From contig OX337241.1 in NCBI GenBank assembly GCA_946965045.2, forward strand, positions 3,038,001 through 3,102,000: 64,000 nt of DNA, in the 5' to 3' direction. Both the position numbers and the translations under genes were made by a program. The notes below the pieces were generated by a model. It saw only the letters and a list, made by a program, of their open reading frames with translations. It was not told the origin of the DNA and searched no databases. The stretch is from Epithemia pelagica (taxonomy: Eukaryota > Protista > Bacillariophyta). Of this stretch, positions 22,301 to 34,786 are shown piece after piece; the first letter of the stretch is position 1; every line of letters begins with the position of its first letter.

Positions 22301-22932
22301 CAATCGCATATCCTCAACTCTACCCAGGACGGATTTGCATTGAGGGCATTCGCCAACTCAACCGCCGTTTCGTCGTCCAGGGCTTTGACGCGAACCAATC
22401 GTAGCTCTGGATTTTGTGTGGTAGTTTGGACGAATGCCCGGGCGAGCGCTTCAATACCCACGTCACCGATACTCGTATCTTCGAGCGCCAGATTAGACCA
22501 ATCCACATTAGCACGTCCTCTGCGCCTGACGTCTGTATCCAAATCGAGAATGGCTTGTGCAGTGCGGTCAGTGGCTTTGGTGTTGGTCAACCTTGGCAAC
22601 GAACCGTACCCAAAGTGCTCCACCATTTTTTGTTTCATTTCGGGGCTGATTCGAGTGCCTTGCAATTCCCATGGATTACATTTGTCTAGATCTTTGTCCC
22701 TAAAGCTAGCGTGCTCCCCCATTCGTCGTTTCATCTTGGGGCTGATCCGGGTACCTCGCGATTCATATGGATTGTGTTCGTCTAGATCTTCGTCGTTTTG
22801 GTAAGAGTGATCCATGCAACAACAAAAGATTGTCCGCACCATTCCACATAGTCTCTCGAAAGTAATCGCCGCTTCTGCTTCCTCCTTGTTTCGCTGAATC
22901 GTGGTTTCGGGAAGAGACATGGTGCGGTCCAT
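19345..22932 (-). CDS. RNI/NLRC3-like LRR protein with a C-terminal TIR domain; one frameshift (~21895) and one probable intron (19458-19551)
   Basis: About 28-aa repeats of the form W..LDL......G...LA.AL..N..W in both track ORFs (21853..22932 and 19529..21895). TIR motifs HDIFISFAG (~20050-20076) and STHYVQKKWCIAEL (~19817-19850). A GTAAGG...CTAAC...CAG intron of 94 nt joins in frame to ESRYPQ...RAFVT*. Confidence 0.8.
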
Positions 22933-23646
22933 TGGCTCTCGTTGAGGTCGAACGTCGTCGTCGCTGTCGTCGTTTTAATGGGGTGGTATGATCCGGCACA
23001 ATTCCTCCTCGGCGGGGATCATGTGAGTGGATACGCAATGTTTTCTATTTTGAGGTGTATGCGAAGCGCGAGGATTCTCGGTGGGTCGCAACCCCTTGCA
23101 AGTGATTACGGATTCTCAGAAAGACAGAGTCACTTCTGTGTCCTCCCATACAGAATCGGATACAGTAATACCTACATGTGACACCACACAAGACAGAAAA
23201 TGAGACAACCCACGGTCACTGTTCGACGACCAGACGACGTCGGCCACTCTCTCTCGTCGTTTGTGGTCGACGACAATGGACGTAATGGACCGACTGACGG
23301 TGTGTGTTCGCGTCCATCTCTCTCAAGGGAAGCTTTTCAACCCCATCAGATGAATTGCGTACAACGACAGGCACCCGTGTCATGTTGTGGACTCCGACGA
23401 TCAATCAGCAGTACTAGCAGGATGGAACAACAAGAGCAATGTCAACAAGAACAGGTCGGTCGAAGCAACTGTCACGATTTGTCTCGTGACGAAAGCTCCT
23501 ACCCCTCTTTGGTCCATCCATTTCGTCAAGTCAGTCGTGCTTCCAGTCCGCATCAATCAGAATCACAACTGTAGAGCAAACCTACGTGCCTCTTACAATA
23601 CAGTGCGTCGATCCTCATAAATTCTGCAGTTGAAACCTTTGCAACC

Positions 23647-24858
23647 ATGACCACAACACTGAAAGAACAAGCATGGCAGTCGGGCCTTGTCCTTCTAGAT
23701 CCCACAGTAGACTGGAATGAAAGAGACTGGCCTCCTCTTGCGGGTGGATGGCGAGAGGGTCATGCTTCGGTCGTACTTGATCATCCCGATAAAGACAATA
23801 ACAACAACAAGAGACAGACGGTCGTTGTAATGGGAGGACATCAACAATACAAAGGCTATGTCAATTCCGTTCTGGAATTGAATCTATCAGACCCAAACAA
23901 GCAGTGGCGAGAAGGGCCACCCATGAACAAGAGACGTAATAGACATGCCGCTGTTGTGTGCAACGGAGGCGTCTACGTTATCGGGGGATACAATGGAAGA
24001 TTATATTTAGATTGTATCGAAAGAATTGATGCCAATAATTTGCTTCGATCATCCTTAACAACCACCACGACGCAGGATACTCATTGGACAACATTAACTT
24101 GTCGGTTATCAAAGAGGCGATGGGGATGTTGTGCTGTCGCGGTTCACAACCGATACATCGTTGTAATGGGTGGATACAGCGATCGTTATTTGTCGTCGGT
24201 GGATATTATAGATACAAACAGCCACACTGTCATTGCCGGACCAAGAATGATTGTTCCACGACAATGGTTTGCCAGTGCGGTCATTGGTCACCGCATCTTT
24301 GTCGTTGGAGGTCATAACTATAATGGCCATCTTGACTCGTTGGAGTATTTGGACTATGCAACACCCCTTGACAGTGATGAGACAAAAAAGGAGACTGGCT
24401 CAACATTCATTTCTTTCTCGTCCACTTGGATCACTCATCCTGATTTGGTGCTTTCCAACCCTAGAGATTCTTGTGCAGTGGTAGCCGTGGGATCCTGTCT
24501 GGTGGTGGCGGGAGGAGACACTCCAACTGTGGAAGTCTTGGATACGCTCCGCAACCGCGTGTGGAATCTCCCACCATTCGGAAATGACCACAATGGCTGC
24601 AATATGGTGGCTGTTGCCAATCAAGTTGCCATGCTTGGAGGATGGTACAATCCATCCTGTGCGACATTACCACTTCTGGATAGGAATTCGTGGTGTTTTC
24701 GTCGACTCTGTGAGCAGCAATCGAACGGATGGTATCATTCTCTTGAAGGTATGGGTATTCGAGATGATGATATCTCACCCTTCTCTACGTCGACATCAGC
24801 TCGTAAACATGCAAGGCCCAATACGCACCGTGGTGATGAAGGGAAGGATGGAACTTGA
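23647..24858 (+). CDS. Kelch-repeat protein, copy K4
   Basis: Six kelch GG motifs and a basic tail RKHAR. Confidence 0.92.
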   Translation: MTTTLKEQAWQSGLVLLDPTVDWNERDWPPLAGGWREGHASVVLDHPDKDNNNNKRQTVVVMGGHQQYKGYVNSVLELNLSDPNKQWREGPPMNKRRNRHAAVVCNGGVYVIGGYNGRLYLDCIERIDANNLLRSSLTTTTTQDTHWTTLTCRLSKRRWGCCAVAVHNRYIVVMGGYSDRYLSSVDIIDTNSHTVIAGPRMIVPRQWFASAVIGHRIFVVGGHNYNGHLDSLEYLDYATPLDSDETKKETGSTFISFSSTWITHPDLVLSNPRDSCAVVAVGSCLVVAGGDTPTVEVLDTLRNRVWNLPPFGNDHNGCNMVAVANQVAMLGGWYNPSCATLPLLDRNSWCFRRLCEQQSNGWYHSLEGMGIRDDDISPFSTSTSARKHARPNTHRGDEGKDGT

Positions 24859-25676
24859 AATTTGCAACGTATAGCATGTATGTCCTAACATTGGCGGAAC
24901 TATAGCATTCTCATTTTATTCTCAAACAGTTGTTGCATTGTTTTCTTCTTGGCATTGCGACCTATAGAGATACCATGTACTTCGTTGTACTACCTAGTAG
25001 AGAACGAAAGTTACAACATCCGGCATGACACCGCAAACAGGAGTGGAGCCAGGCCTTGGGTAGATGTCTATGGTACCATGTCTCTCTGCTGTTGAATGGG
25101 TCGAGTTATCTTCCTGTGGAAGATTATGGTTGCGTACGTGAAACACTAAGCTCAGCGACTCGTTTGGACGGTCGTCTTCGTTCCGACCATGCGTTCAATT
25201 GTCCTTTTATGGCCCATGCCTGTGTGAGAGGACAGTACGCCGTCTCTTGACGCTTGTGGTTTCGGGTGACAGGACATTTGCGAATCCTTTGGAATTTGTG
25301 ACACTGTCGTGTTCGATATTTTCTCCAAATACAGCAACGATACTTTATCATTAGGTCGGCAATTTGATTGCATCGATCCAGCAATCAGTCTCTCCGTAGT
25401 GGCTCGTTGACAGTCCATGGTTATCGGTCCATGGGGATCAACAAGAGCAATCGCAGTGTGCAAAGTTATGTCTTGCCCCTCAATGCCAGTTCCGCCGAAA
25501 CCTTGTTGCACGATTAGCACCAACAAAACCACGACCCGCGCAGATCATGTCTTGGCTGTCGTCTAACAGCAGTGTTGGACCTCGATCACTACCACATTTG
25601 CGTCTCGTACCGAACTCAGCAGTACCAACAACAAAACCACGACCACGAATGGCGCCGATCATGTCTTGGCTGTAGC

Positions 25677-26000
25677 CTAATAGAACTTGTTGTTGTTCTT
25701 CTTCTTCTTGTTCGTTGGATTCTGGTTGGCGTTGGCTTGAATATTCATATGTAGACTTGAAAGGGCGATGCGACCCTTTCCCATAATCAATTCTTCTCTA
25801 CTCCAATCGGACGCGTCGGGAGGGAGTTGAATAGCGTGCCATACTTCAATCCGTAGTACTGCTCTCCTCGTCACCGGCGCAACTACCCTCTTGGTCCGAC
25901 TTTGAGCATTCGTTGCAAACATGATGTTTCCATTCATAGCTGTCGTCATATCCTCGTAAGTACCGACCAAAGGAGAATACATGGTTGTACTCCTAGTAGT
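25677..26000 (-). pseudogene. Possible C2-domain-like fragment
   Basis: LRIEVW...D......ELIMGKGRIALSSL resembles the last strands of a C2 domain. No intact gene context. Confidence 0.3.
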
Positions 26001-26436
26001 GCCTAGAGGGATGTAGACAACCGGCAACCTCCCACCACAGGGTCGGGTCGACTCGTCCTGATGCGCATATGCTGGAACCACACAAGACGAAGGAACGTGT
26101 CGGTCGCGTTCTTGTGGGCCAGAATGGACAGCAGTGTGGGCGACAACCAGGAAGGTACTGCTTGCCACCCGACCTGTTTCAAGCAGTTGTTGTGACACTG
26201 TACATTGTCGAACGTGTGTATTGTATGCTTGTGTGTTGGAGTTCCGGACCAACACTTTTTGTGCGCAGGAGGAGTATTCGACGGGCAAGATGTGGCATCC
26301 CTATAGTATTTTAGTGGCTGTCCCTGGACAGCCTGAAACCAACAATCGCTCCACATGTGGCGCAAGAATAGCCCCAGCATCGTCGTCCCATCCCAACCAC
26401 ACCAGGAACCCATGTCCTTGACACTGTGGATCGTCT

Positions 26437-26487
26437 ACTCGCACTACCAACGGTTGAAACTCCCACTCGCACTACCAACGGTTGAAA
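26437..26487. repeat. 28-bp-period tandem duplication
   Basis: ACTCGCACTACCAACGGTTGAAA starts at 26437 and at 26465. Confidence 0.9.
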
Positions 26488-27535
26488 ATCTTCTCAAGAC
26501 GCGTTTGTTTGCGGTCCTCCCAGAGATGTAGTCTCCCACGGTTGCCGCCAATCGGGATGGATGCGGTGCGCAAGAGTCGTCGACACTCTTGTCCCACCAA
26601 TAAGAGCAGTCTCGCAAGGCTCGTTTCACAGACCAAGCTCGTTCGGGTGTTGGTTGGCGCATACACAAATCACAAATCCGTGGGCACCGAAAATATCCCA
26701 AAGATATTAGCTTTCCGCACGTTTAGGAGGAGCCTCTTTCAAGAAATGATACCAAATGGTCTTGTTGAAGTCATGAATTGTATCACTCTCCGTTTGTCGA
26801 ATTCCAATTCCTGATTGTGTGGATTGGAGGATCCCATGAGTTTGGGAGGAGGCGTAATGATGGATTCCACCATTAGGGATGACAGATACTCGTCACGTGA
26901 CACTGTGTCATGAGACACCAAGCTTCCATGGCTTGTATGGGTAAGCCGACTACCAAAGGAGGACGAGTAGTGGTAGTTGGTGATAAGGAGGATGTTTTTG
27001 TTGTTGCCGAATAGGAAATAGAGGTGGTTGCCCTTTTGTCGTGCGTCAATCAGGATCTCAGCCGTTTTGCTGCTCATAGACGACCGGAAACAAGACGAGC
27101 AAACATAGAAGGATAACCACGCGAACGTTTCATGACACGGAATGGATTCGAATCCCTTGCAGAGACCACGTTGTGTTGGTAGTGTTGTTGCTCCTGCCGT
27201 CCTTCATTCTCTCTTTCGAAGAGAACAGCACCACTCCCATAGCTCGAATTCGGTACACTTGGTCAATGAAGAAAATATGATGATCATGCGCCGTCTTGTC
27301 CATCTTTCTTGTTTTGCTGGATCTATGAATTCGAATCTGCTGTTTTGCTCTGTCATGCATTATATGTGCGACCCACTCTTCCATTGCGTACCCACGACAG
27401 ACATTCTGGCTCAAATGCTTCCACGCGTAGTTCAGAAAATTTTGAGTTGATGTTCCATCAGTCCGCATCCATCAGCATCAAAACTGATGCCTTTCGATCC
27501 TCCTCATAAATTCGCTGCTGTCATTGTGTGGAACC

Positions 27536-28684
27536 ATGACCACGGCACTGAAAGAACAAGCATGGCAGTCGGGCCTTGTCCTTTCAGACGGGACAGCAGA
27601 ATGGAATGAGAACAACTGGCCTCCTCTTATGGGTGGATGGCGTTATCGTCATGCTACGGTTGTACTAAATCATCCCGATACGGACGGCAACGACAACAGC
27701 AACAACAACAAGAGACAAACGGTCATCGTGTTGGGAGGACATCAACAAGGTCAAGGCTATGCCAAGTCCGTGCTTGCATTGAATTTGGCAGACCCAAACA
27801 AACAGTGGCGAGAAGGGCCATCCATGACCAAGGCACGTTATGGACATGCTGCTGTTGTGTGCAATAGAGGTGTCTACGTGATGGGAGGATACACTACATA
27901 TTCAAGTTTGGATTGTATCGAACAAATTAATTCCACAGATTTGCTCCAACCATCTTCGACATCAAGCAGTTCGGAGAAGAGCCATTGGACGACATTGAAT
28001 TGTCGATTATCAACGGGACGAGTGGGATGTTGTGCTGTCGCGGTTCACAACCGATACATCGTTGTAATGGGTGGCTACAATGATCGTTATTTGCCGTCGG
28101 TGGATATTATTGATACCAGGCACCACACTGTCACTGCGGGACCAAGCATGAATATTCCTCGATCATATTGTGCTAGTGTGGTCATTGGTCACCGCATCTT
28201 TGTCGTTGGAGGCCAAAACGAGAGTGGCTATCTTGACTCGGTGGAGTATTTGGACTTCGCAAGGCCATGTGACAATAGGGAGACAAAGAAGGACACTACT
28301 GCTTCAGTGATCTCTTTCTCGTCCACCTGGATCACTCATTCTGATTTGATGCTTTCTAATGCACGAAGTTCTTGTGCAGTGGTTGCCGTGGGATCCTGTC
28401 TGGTTGTGGCCGGAGGATCGAACAATTCAAACGTGGAAGTCTTGGGGGGTACGCACCACAACCGCGTGTGGAATCTTCCACCATTCGGAAATGACCGCGA
28501 TGGCTGCAGTATGGTGACTGTAGCCAATGAAGTTGCCGTGATTGGTGGATGGTTCAATCCTACCTGTGCAACATTACCACTAATCGACAAGAATACGTGG
28601 TGTTTTCGTTGTCTCTGTGAACAGCAGCCCAACGATGGGGTTCCATTTCCGGGAAAGAATGGGCACTTTGCCCTCTCACCTTGA
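27536..28684 (+). CDS. Kelch-repeat protein, copy K5 (altered, shortened C-terminus)
   Basis: Six kelch GG motifs. After WCFRCLCEQQPN the frame departs from that of the paralogues and ends without the basic tail. Confidence 0.88.
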   Translation: MTTALKEQAWQSGLVLSDGTAEWNENNWPPLMGGWRYRHATVVLNHPDTDGNDNSNNNKRQTVIVLGGHQQGQGYAKSVLALNLADPNKQWREGPSMTKARYGHAAVVCNRGVYVMGGYTTYSSLDCIEQINSTDLLQPSSTSSSSEKSHWTTLNCRLSTGRVGCCAVAVHNRYIVVMGGYNDRYLPSVDIIDTRHHTVTAGPSMNIPRSYCASVVIGHRIFVVGGQNESGYLDSVEYLDFARPCDNRETKKDTTASVISFSSTWITHSDLMLSNARSSCAVVAVGSCLVVAGGSNNSNVEVLGGTHHNRVWNLPPFGNDRDGCSMVTVANEVAVIGGWFNPTCATLPLIDKNTWCFRCLCEQQPNDGVPFPGKNGHFALSP

Positions 28685-31392
28685 CATCAAAATCTGAATG
28701 AACAATGACCAATAGGTACCGTAGTGATAGATGCAAGGATGAAACATGAAATGGGCAACATATTGCATTGATGTCCTGCAAAACGGGATAGTTGATGTAT
28801 TGTAATCTCTTAGTTCTTAAACTACTGCTCTGCTGTTTGCATGGCATTCCAAACCATTGAGATATTCATGTACATCGGTGTAGTAGAAAAGAGATTATGT
28901 GATACAGCGTATACGACCGGGAACGTGATTTCTCGAAACGACGAAAGCCATGGATTCTCGAGAGCCTTTTGCTTTGTGTGGAGTGTTTCTGTCGTTGTGG
29001 CCCTTGTTTTGCCAGCCCCTACGGATTATGCACATGCAGCGGTCGCTTCTTTTGGCTGGACTCCAAACTTCCATAAGAGTCACAAACTAATCACTGTGCC
29101 TGTAGGAATGGAATTTGTTCTATTCTCTTACGGTCAAGAGCAATCGCACGACAATCTTCGTACACCCCTTTCAATCACGGTATGGGGATCCAAACGACCC
29201 ACCCGCTCCACTTCATGTTCCTTAAAATCTTGTTTCAAATCTTTTGGAATGCATCCCAAGTACTAACATCACCATTGGGTGTCAATGGCAAGAATGACTC
29301 GTCCCCATCGAGACTTGTCGTATCTCTTTACGGATCTATGCTCTCAGTAGATTGGAGCGATTCGAACTTGAGGGTCCATGCAAACTCTCTCGCGAATGAC
29401 TTGCGCTCCTTGATCTGTGACTTGAGTGCTCCACCACCATTCGTTGTTTCAAGTTGGGGCTGATCCTGGTGCCTCGCCATTCAATTGCACGGATTGGTTG
29501 AGATAAGGACAAGACGTCGTCGTTCGTCCGTCGTCGATGGCCCCAGCGGGGGTGAGGAACCGGGTCGCATGTGTGTCGTGCTTTTGGTGTTCAAACTACT
29601 CATTCACTAATACTCATGACTCACTCCCGCTGAGGGCTAATTCTGGATGTGCATGAAAAAGTGTGTACCTACAATCTTTTGCACAGTAAAAGATATTAGA
29701 AACGCTAGGAATGTTTCGTGGAGAACAATGGATCAACCGACATGATGCGACGAATCACCATGATGTGTACGAGACGAAACAGAAATAAATGCTCCTTTCC
29801 TCCGATGGTCCTGCAAATCGCAACCCATCACCACCAACGCTACAGACTCCAGCATATAATTGAGTGCTACTCTAACAGCAATGGCCGCCTGCAGAGAACC
29901 CCTCAAGCCTCAAGTGCCACCAATGGCTCGTCAGGGACGCTATTACTGACTGTCGAATCCAAGCAGGGTGAATCAAGAAACTCCCCTTGTCATGAAATGT
30001 ATCCATTACAGGAGTCACATTGCATAGATTCCTTGCAACAATACTCATGTCTCCGTCCGTCCATGGCCAGTGTATTGTCGTCGTTATTCTCACCAACAAG
30101 GTGCTGACACGGTCATCGACGGACCCACCGCGAGCGTCTCTACCCACCACTTGGCATTTGTTGGGAAGCAACAAGACTTGAGCCTCACTTGCTTGGCATT
30201 GTTGTGATGGATGCTGCCAATGCCAAGCAGATCATGACGATATAATGTACTCCATCACCCATTGCAAGTGGCAACAGGAGCAACAACCACAACGAGACTG
30301 ACACAAATGGCAAGGACAATCCGGAACCTTCATTGCTGTTCCGGGCATTCTCCTTTCATGCTTCAAGGCCAGTAACGTGGTGGTCCTTTTTGACACCCTT
30401 CTTGTTCTTTCAAAAGAATGCTATAGCAACGACGCTTCTCTCGAACGTTTTGTGGTGTCGTCACAACGACGCCACTAGCTCCACAACGTCATGGTGGCCA
30501 GGCCAACTTGGTTCGAACCCACCAACACAACCTTGTTGCTTGGGTCGTGGCTATGAGAAAATGGTGCCATTGTCCTACAGAGTTGTGAGTATGGCCGAGG
30601 AGGAGTCACTTGCTCGATCGGTATGTAGTTCCCAAGGGCGTTTGGCAAAGCTTGAGTACGGGGAGAAAATAGACGAGGGAATGACGACAGTGACAGCTAT
30701 CAGTGTAGTTGCACTGATGAGAGCAACAGTCGGGGCAGTGAGGATGACCACCAAGTGCTTTAGGATCCATCTTCCAGAACAGCACGAACAAGGTCTCTGC
30801 AGAGAAGTCGACCGACAACCAGAGAGCAACATCAGGAACCAGAAAGGAACACAAGCGATCCACCAGGCCAAAACAATCATGATGGAAGGGTATCCTCTTT
30901 TGGTTTACAGGCCGAGGCTGCAATGATTGAAAGTCTTGTTTCGTGGAATCCCCTTCGCCATCCCGATGGTCCTCTAGATGAAGGGTAGTTGTGGTTATCC
31001 AAAGTAAAGGCTCAAAGAAGTAGAATTGCAGAGAGATCCTCAAGTCATGAGAGCTCACGAAGAGCCTATGGATTTGACACAGGGAAAGAGAGAAATAGAT
31101 GGAAGCCATACTTATATCAGGGGTTGTCTGTCTCGCCATGAAGTTTCTTTCGATATCCAAAAACTTTTCCACGATATTCCAAACAAGAATGCGTGGTCTT
31201 CTTCATTGCGTGTCTACGGTCACGATTTGTCTCGTGGCGAAAGCTATACCCATCTTTGTTCCATCCATTTCGTCAAGTCAGTCGTGCTTCCAGTCTGCAC
31301 CCATCAGAATCACAGGAGCAAAGCAAAACCACTAACCACTTACAATGCAGTGTCTCGATCCTCATAAATTCTGCAGGTAATATTTTGGAACC

Positions 31393-32613
31393 ATGAGCAT
31401 GACACTGAAAGAACAAGCATGGCAGTCGGGCCTTTTCTTATCGAAAGAGACATCACAATGGAATGAAAACAATTGGCCTTCTCTCGAGGGTGGATGGCGT
31501 AACGAACATGCTACGGTCGTACTTGATCACCCCGATGAAGACGACAATAACAAGAACAACAACATGCGACAAACGGTCGTCGTCTTGGGAGGATGGCAAC
31601 AATACAAAGGCTATGTCAATTCCGTTCTGCAATTGAATCTATCAGACCCAAACATGCAGTGGCGAGAAGGGCCACCCATGAACAAGAGACGTAATAGACA
31701 TGCCGCTGTTGTGTGCAACGGGGGTGTCTACGTAATGGGAGGATGCAATCAAGGTTCGATGGATTTTATCGAACGAATTGACGTAAAGAATTTGCTCCGA
31801 TCATCTTTGACAACAACCAGGACGCAGGAGAGCCCTTGGAAAACATTGACATGTCGCTTATCAACAAGACGATCAGGATTTTGTGCTGTCGCGGTCCTTA
31901 ATCGATACATTGTTGTAATGGGTGGCTACAACGGTCAATATTTGTCATCGGTGGATATTATTGATACCAACAATCACATTGTCACTGCTGGACCATCCAT
32001 GAACGTTGTACGATCATTTTTTGCCAGTGCGGTTATTTGTCACCGCATTTTTGTCGTTGGAGGCTATAGCGAGAGTGGCTATCTTGACTCGGTGGAGTAT
32101 TTGGACGACGCAACACCCTGTGACAGTGATGAGACAAAAAAGGAAACTGGCTCGACATTCATATCTTCGTCGTCTGCTTGGATCACTCATTCTGAGTTGG
32201 TGGCTTCCAATGCACGAAGGTTTTGTGCAATGGTTGCCGTGGGATCTTGTCTGGTAATGGCGGGAGGAGAATACGATCCTACCGTGAAAGTTTTGGATAC
32301 GCGCCACAACCGAGTGTGGAATCTCCCACCATTAGATTATCACCGCTTAGGCTGCAGTCTAGTGACTGTTGCCAATCAAATTGCCGTGATTGGTGGATCT
32401 CAGAACTCTACCTGTGCGACATTACCACTACTGGACAAGCATACTTGGTGTTTTCGTCGACTCTGTGAGCAGCAATCGAACGGATGGTATCACTCTCTTG
32501 AAGGTATAGGTATCCGAGATGCTGATATCTCACCCTTCTTGACATTGGCATCAGCACGTAAACGCGCAAGGTCCAATTCTCAAAGTGGTGATGAAGGGAA
32601 GGATGAAGCCTAG
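31393..32613 (+). CDS. Kelch-repeat protein, copy K6
   Basis: Six kelch GG motifs, C-terminal RKRAR, followed by tail B. Confidence 0.92.
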   Translation: MSMTLKEQAWQSGLFLSKETSQWNENNWPSLEGGWRNEHATVVLDHPDEDDNNKNNNMRQTVVVLGGWQQYKGYVNSVLQLNLSDPNMQWREGPPMNKRRNRHAAVVCNGGVYVMGGCNQGSMDFIERIDVKNLLRSSLTTTRTQESPWKTLTCRLSTRRSGFCAVAVLNRYIVVMGGYNGQYLSSVDIIDTNNHIVTAGPSMNVVRSFFASAVICHRIFVVGGYSESGYLDSVEYLDDATPCDSDETKKETGSTFISSSSAWITHSELVASNARRFCAMVAVGSCLVMAGGEYDPTVKVLDTRHNRVWNLPPLDYHRLGCSLVTVANQIAVIGGSQNSTCATLPLLDKHTWCFRRLCEQQSNGWYHSLEGIGIRDADISPFLTLASARKRARSNSQSGDEGKDEA

Positions 32614-34786
32614 ATGTTTGTTTTCAAGTCAATGACTTGTTTTCTTCATTCGATTTCAATACTAGAACCTTGTAGGTAGTTACTCAAAAGTAGAAAGAAC
32701 ATGTTGCAAGATAGAAGGTGCTTGCTTGATTTCAAAGCTGTGGAAAGAAGGACCAAATTTTTTTGTCTCTACAAGTGGTAGTGCCACCACCGTGCTTGTG
32801 CGGTCGTGAGACTAGAATCTGGTGCTGTGTCGTGGCATCGTGGCACTTTACACGACACAAAGTCGTCGTCCATGGATCGGTAGCCGTCAAGGACGCCGGA
32901 AGCCGACAGTGGTGCACTCCAGAAACGACGAGTTTCGCATCGATTTCGTCGTCAAGGGCAATACGGTTTGTCGCCATTTTGTGTCCACTACGATTGAGTA
33001 GTGAAGAGTACTCTTAGTGTTCGTGACCGGGCAAATTCAGGCATGTTTTTTTTTTGACATTGTGGTTGCCGTGTCTGTCAAGGGTGTTCCATCCTGTCTT
33101 TCTTGGCTTGGGATGCTGTTGCTACGACACAATTTTGCTGTGGACCACGACCATTGATGGATCATTTGTTACCATCCAAACAATACTTGAAGAACACCGA
33201 GGGAGAGTCTCGGCAGTAATTGGTTGTGATATTGGTGGACTTCTTGTCTGGTTTGAGTAAAGAAGCATGTGTAGTCCTGGCGGTTCTTGCCGCATCGGCT
33301 TGTTCCTCTTGTGGTTGATTTCTCCTTGTCGGAGCGACAAATCACTCGACGCGGGAAAGGTAGTGGTGGTGCTACTGTGTCAGTCGTTTCAGTCTGGGGT
33401 GCTGGTGGACCGTGTTCCAAAATAACCAACTTGTCGTGGTTGTCGTTACTTGGTCCACACCAATTGCCGATGATCGATCGAAACCAATCATTCAGTACTA
33501 TTGGATATTGCGAGAAGGAGGACAAAACGGGATGCCTGTTGTGCATCCTACGATTGTTCCTGTTGGTGGATCGGGAATCATGATTTTTCTTTTCTTGTCA
33601 TGCTCCTTGATGAAAGAGCAGGATGGTTGTCGTCATCATATCGTAGTACTATCAAGTGACTGCATTGTCTTTGCTCCTTTCCTCCACGAACCATGAGTTT
33701 CGACATATGGTCGTGCTCCATGTTTTGGCTTGGTTCATGGTCGTGGTCGATGAATCCGACAAAAGGACGAAAAGGAAGAGTAAAAGCACGAATGGAGAAA
33801 CCTTGTGGACCCTGTAGCCCGCTTCTCTGATGGTTCTTTTTTAGAAATCGAGCATAGTTGGTTGCTGCTGCTCTACATTCCTCGTCGTCATGTGAAGAAC
33901 GAATCATTGTTGATTGAGCAAAGACGGAATGGAACTGTCGTTGAGAAGCAAGGGGAAGCAACCAGTCTCTCGACTGGCACTACCAGGTCGACAGTTGTTC
34001 AATGGAACTTGCTGTGGGTGCCTCTTGTCGTCTGTTGTTGGTTCAAAAAACATCGCGGTACCCTATTCTGGCCTTTGGAGGAACGGGAAGCAACACTGCA
34101 AGAAGCGCCAGAAACGTTCTTGCAATTGGACTGTTAATCTTGGTCATCCGTTCGTCGGAGCTACTATCTTCATTTTTGTCAGTGTCCTTCTCTTCGTCCT
34201 GTTTGCCGTGTTCCGACTGGCTAGCATGTATGATGGTACTGCATCGTTTGTTTTGGGGGATCTGATGTCTAGTCATTCGAGATCTGCAATGGGAACCGCC
34301 AATTTGCTCATTCTTGAGAATTTGCGATTCTTGTCGCCGTCTTGTCCTATGAGCTCAGTCACTCTATCTTGTCGATGAACGGTCTTCTCTTCAGGCTCGA
34401 TACTAACATATATACTCTTGTTTGTGCTCTTACTGCCTTGTTTCCTCGAATGCAGGCGTCTGCTGCTGTTGCAACAAGGAAAGCGACTCAAAATGGGATA
34501 CATGACATGTTCCTTCTGGTCCATCTGGTCGTCAGATTCTCGTTTTGGCGTAGTTGTGCATGTGGCCTTGGTTCCGTCACAAAGCGATGCTCATTCGAAT
34601 CATTGGATCAAGAAGTCAAGAAGACCACTCTCTGTTGTTGTCATTGTGAACAGTCTGCATGACCACGGGAACAATGGCGCTCCATAAAAGGCTTTGGACG
34701 AGAGATGACTTGGAAACAAGCGATATCGACCTAGTGGATGTTGGATTGGTCATCTGTGGACCTCTTCATCATTCGAGGACGACGGT

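Noticed and set aside
19345-22932. Canonical NLR or Toll-like receptor
   Set aside because: No Walker A/NACHT/NB-ARC motif, signal peptide or convincing transmembrane helix, and the LRRs are RNI-like.
29700-31170. Membrane-protein-like ORFs
   Set aside because: Short and fragmented in several frames with no recognisable motif, so no product can be supported.
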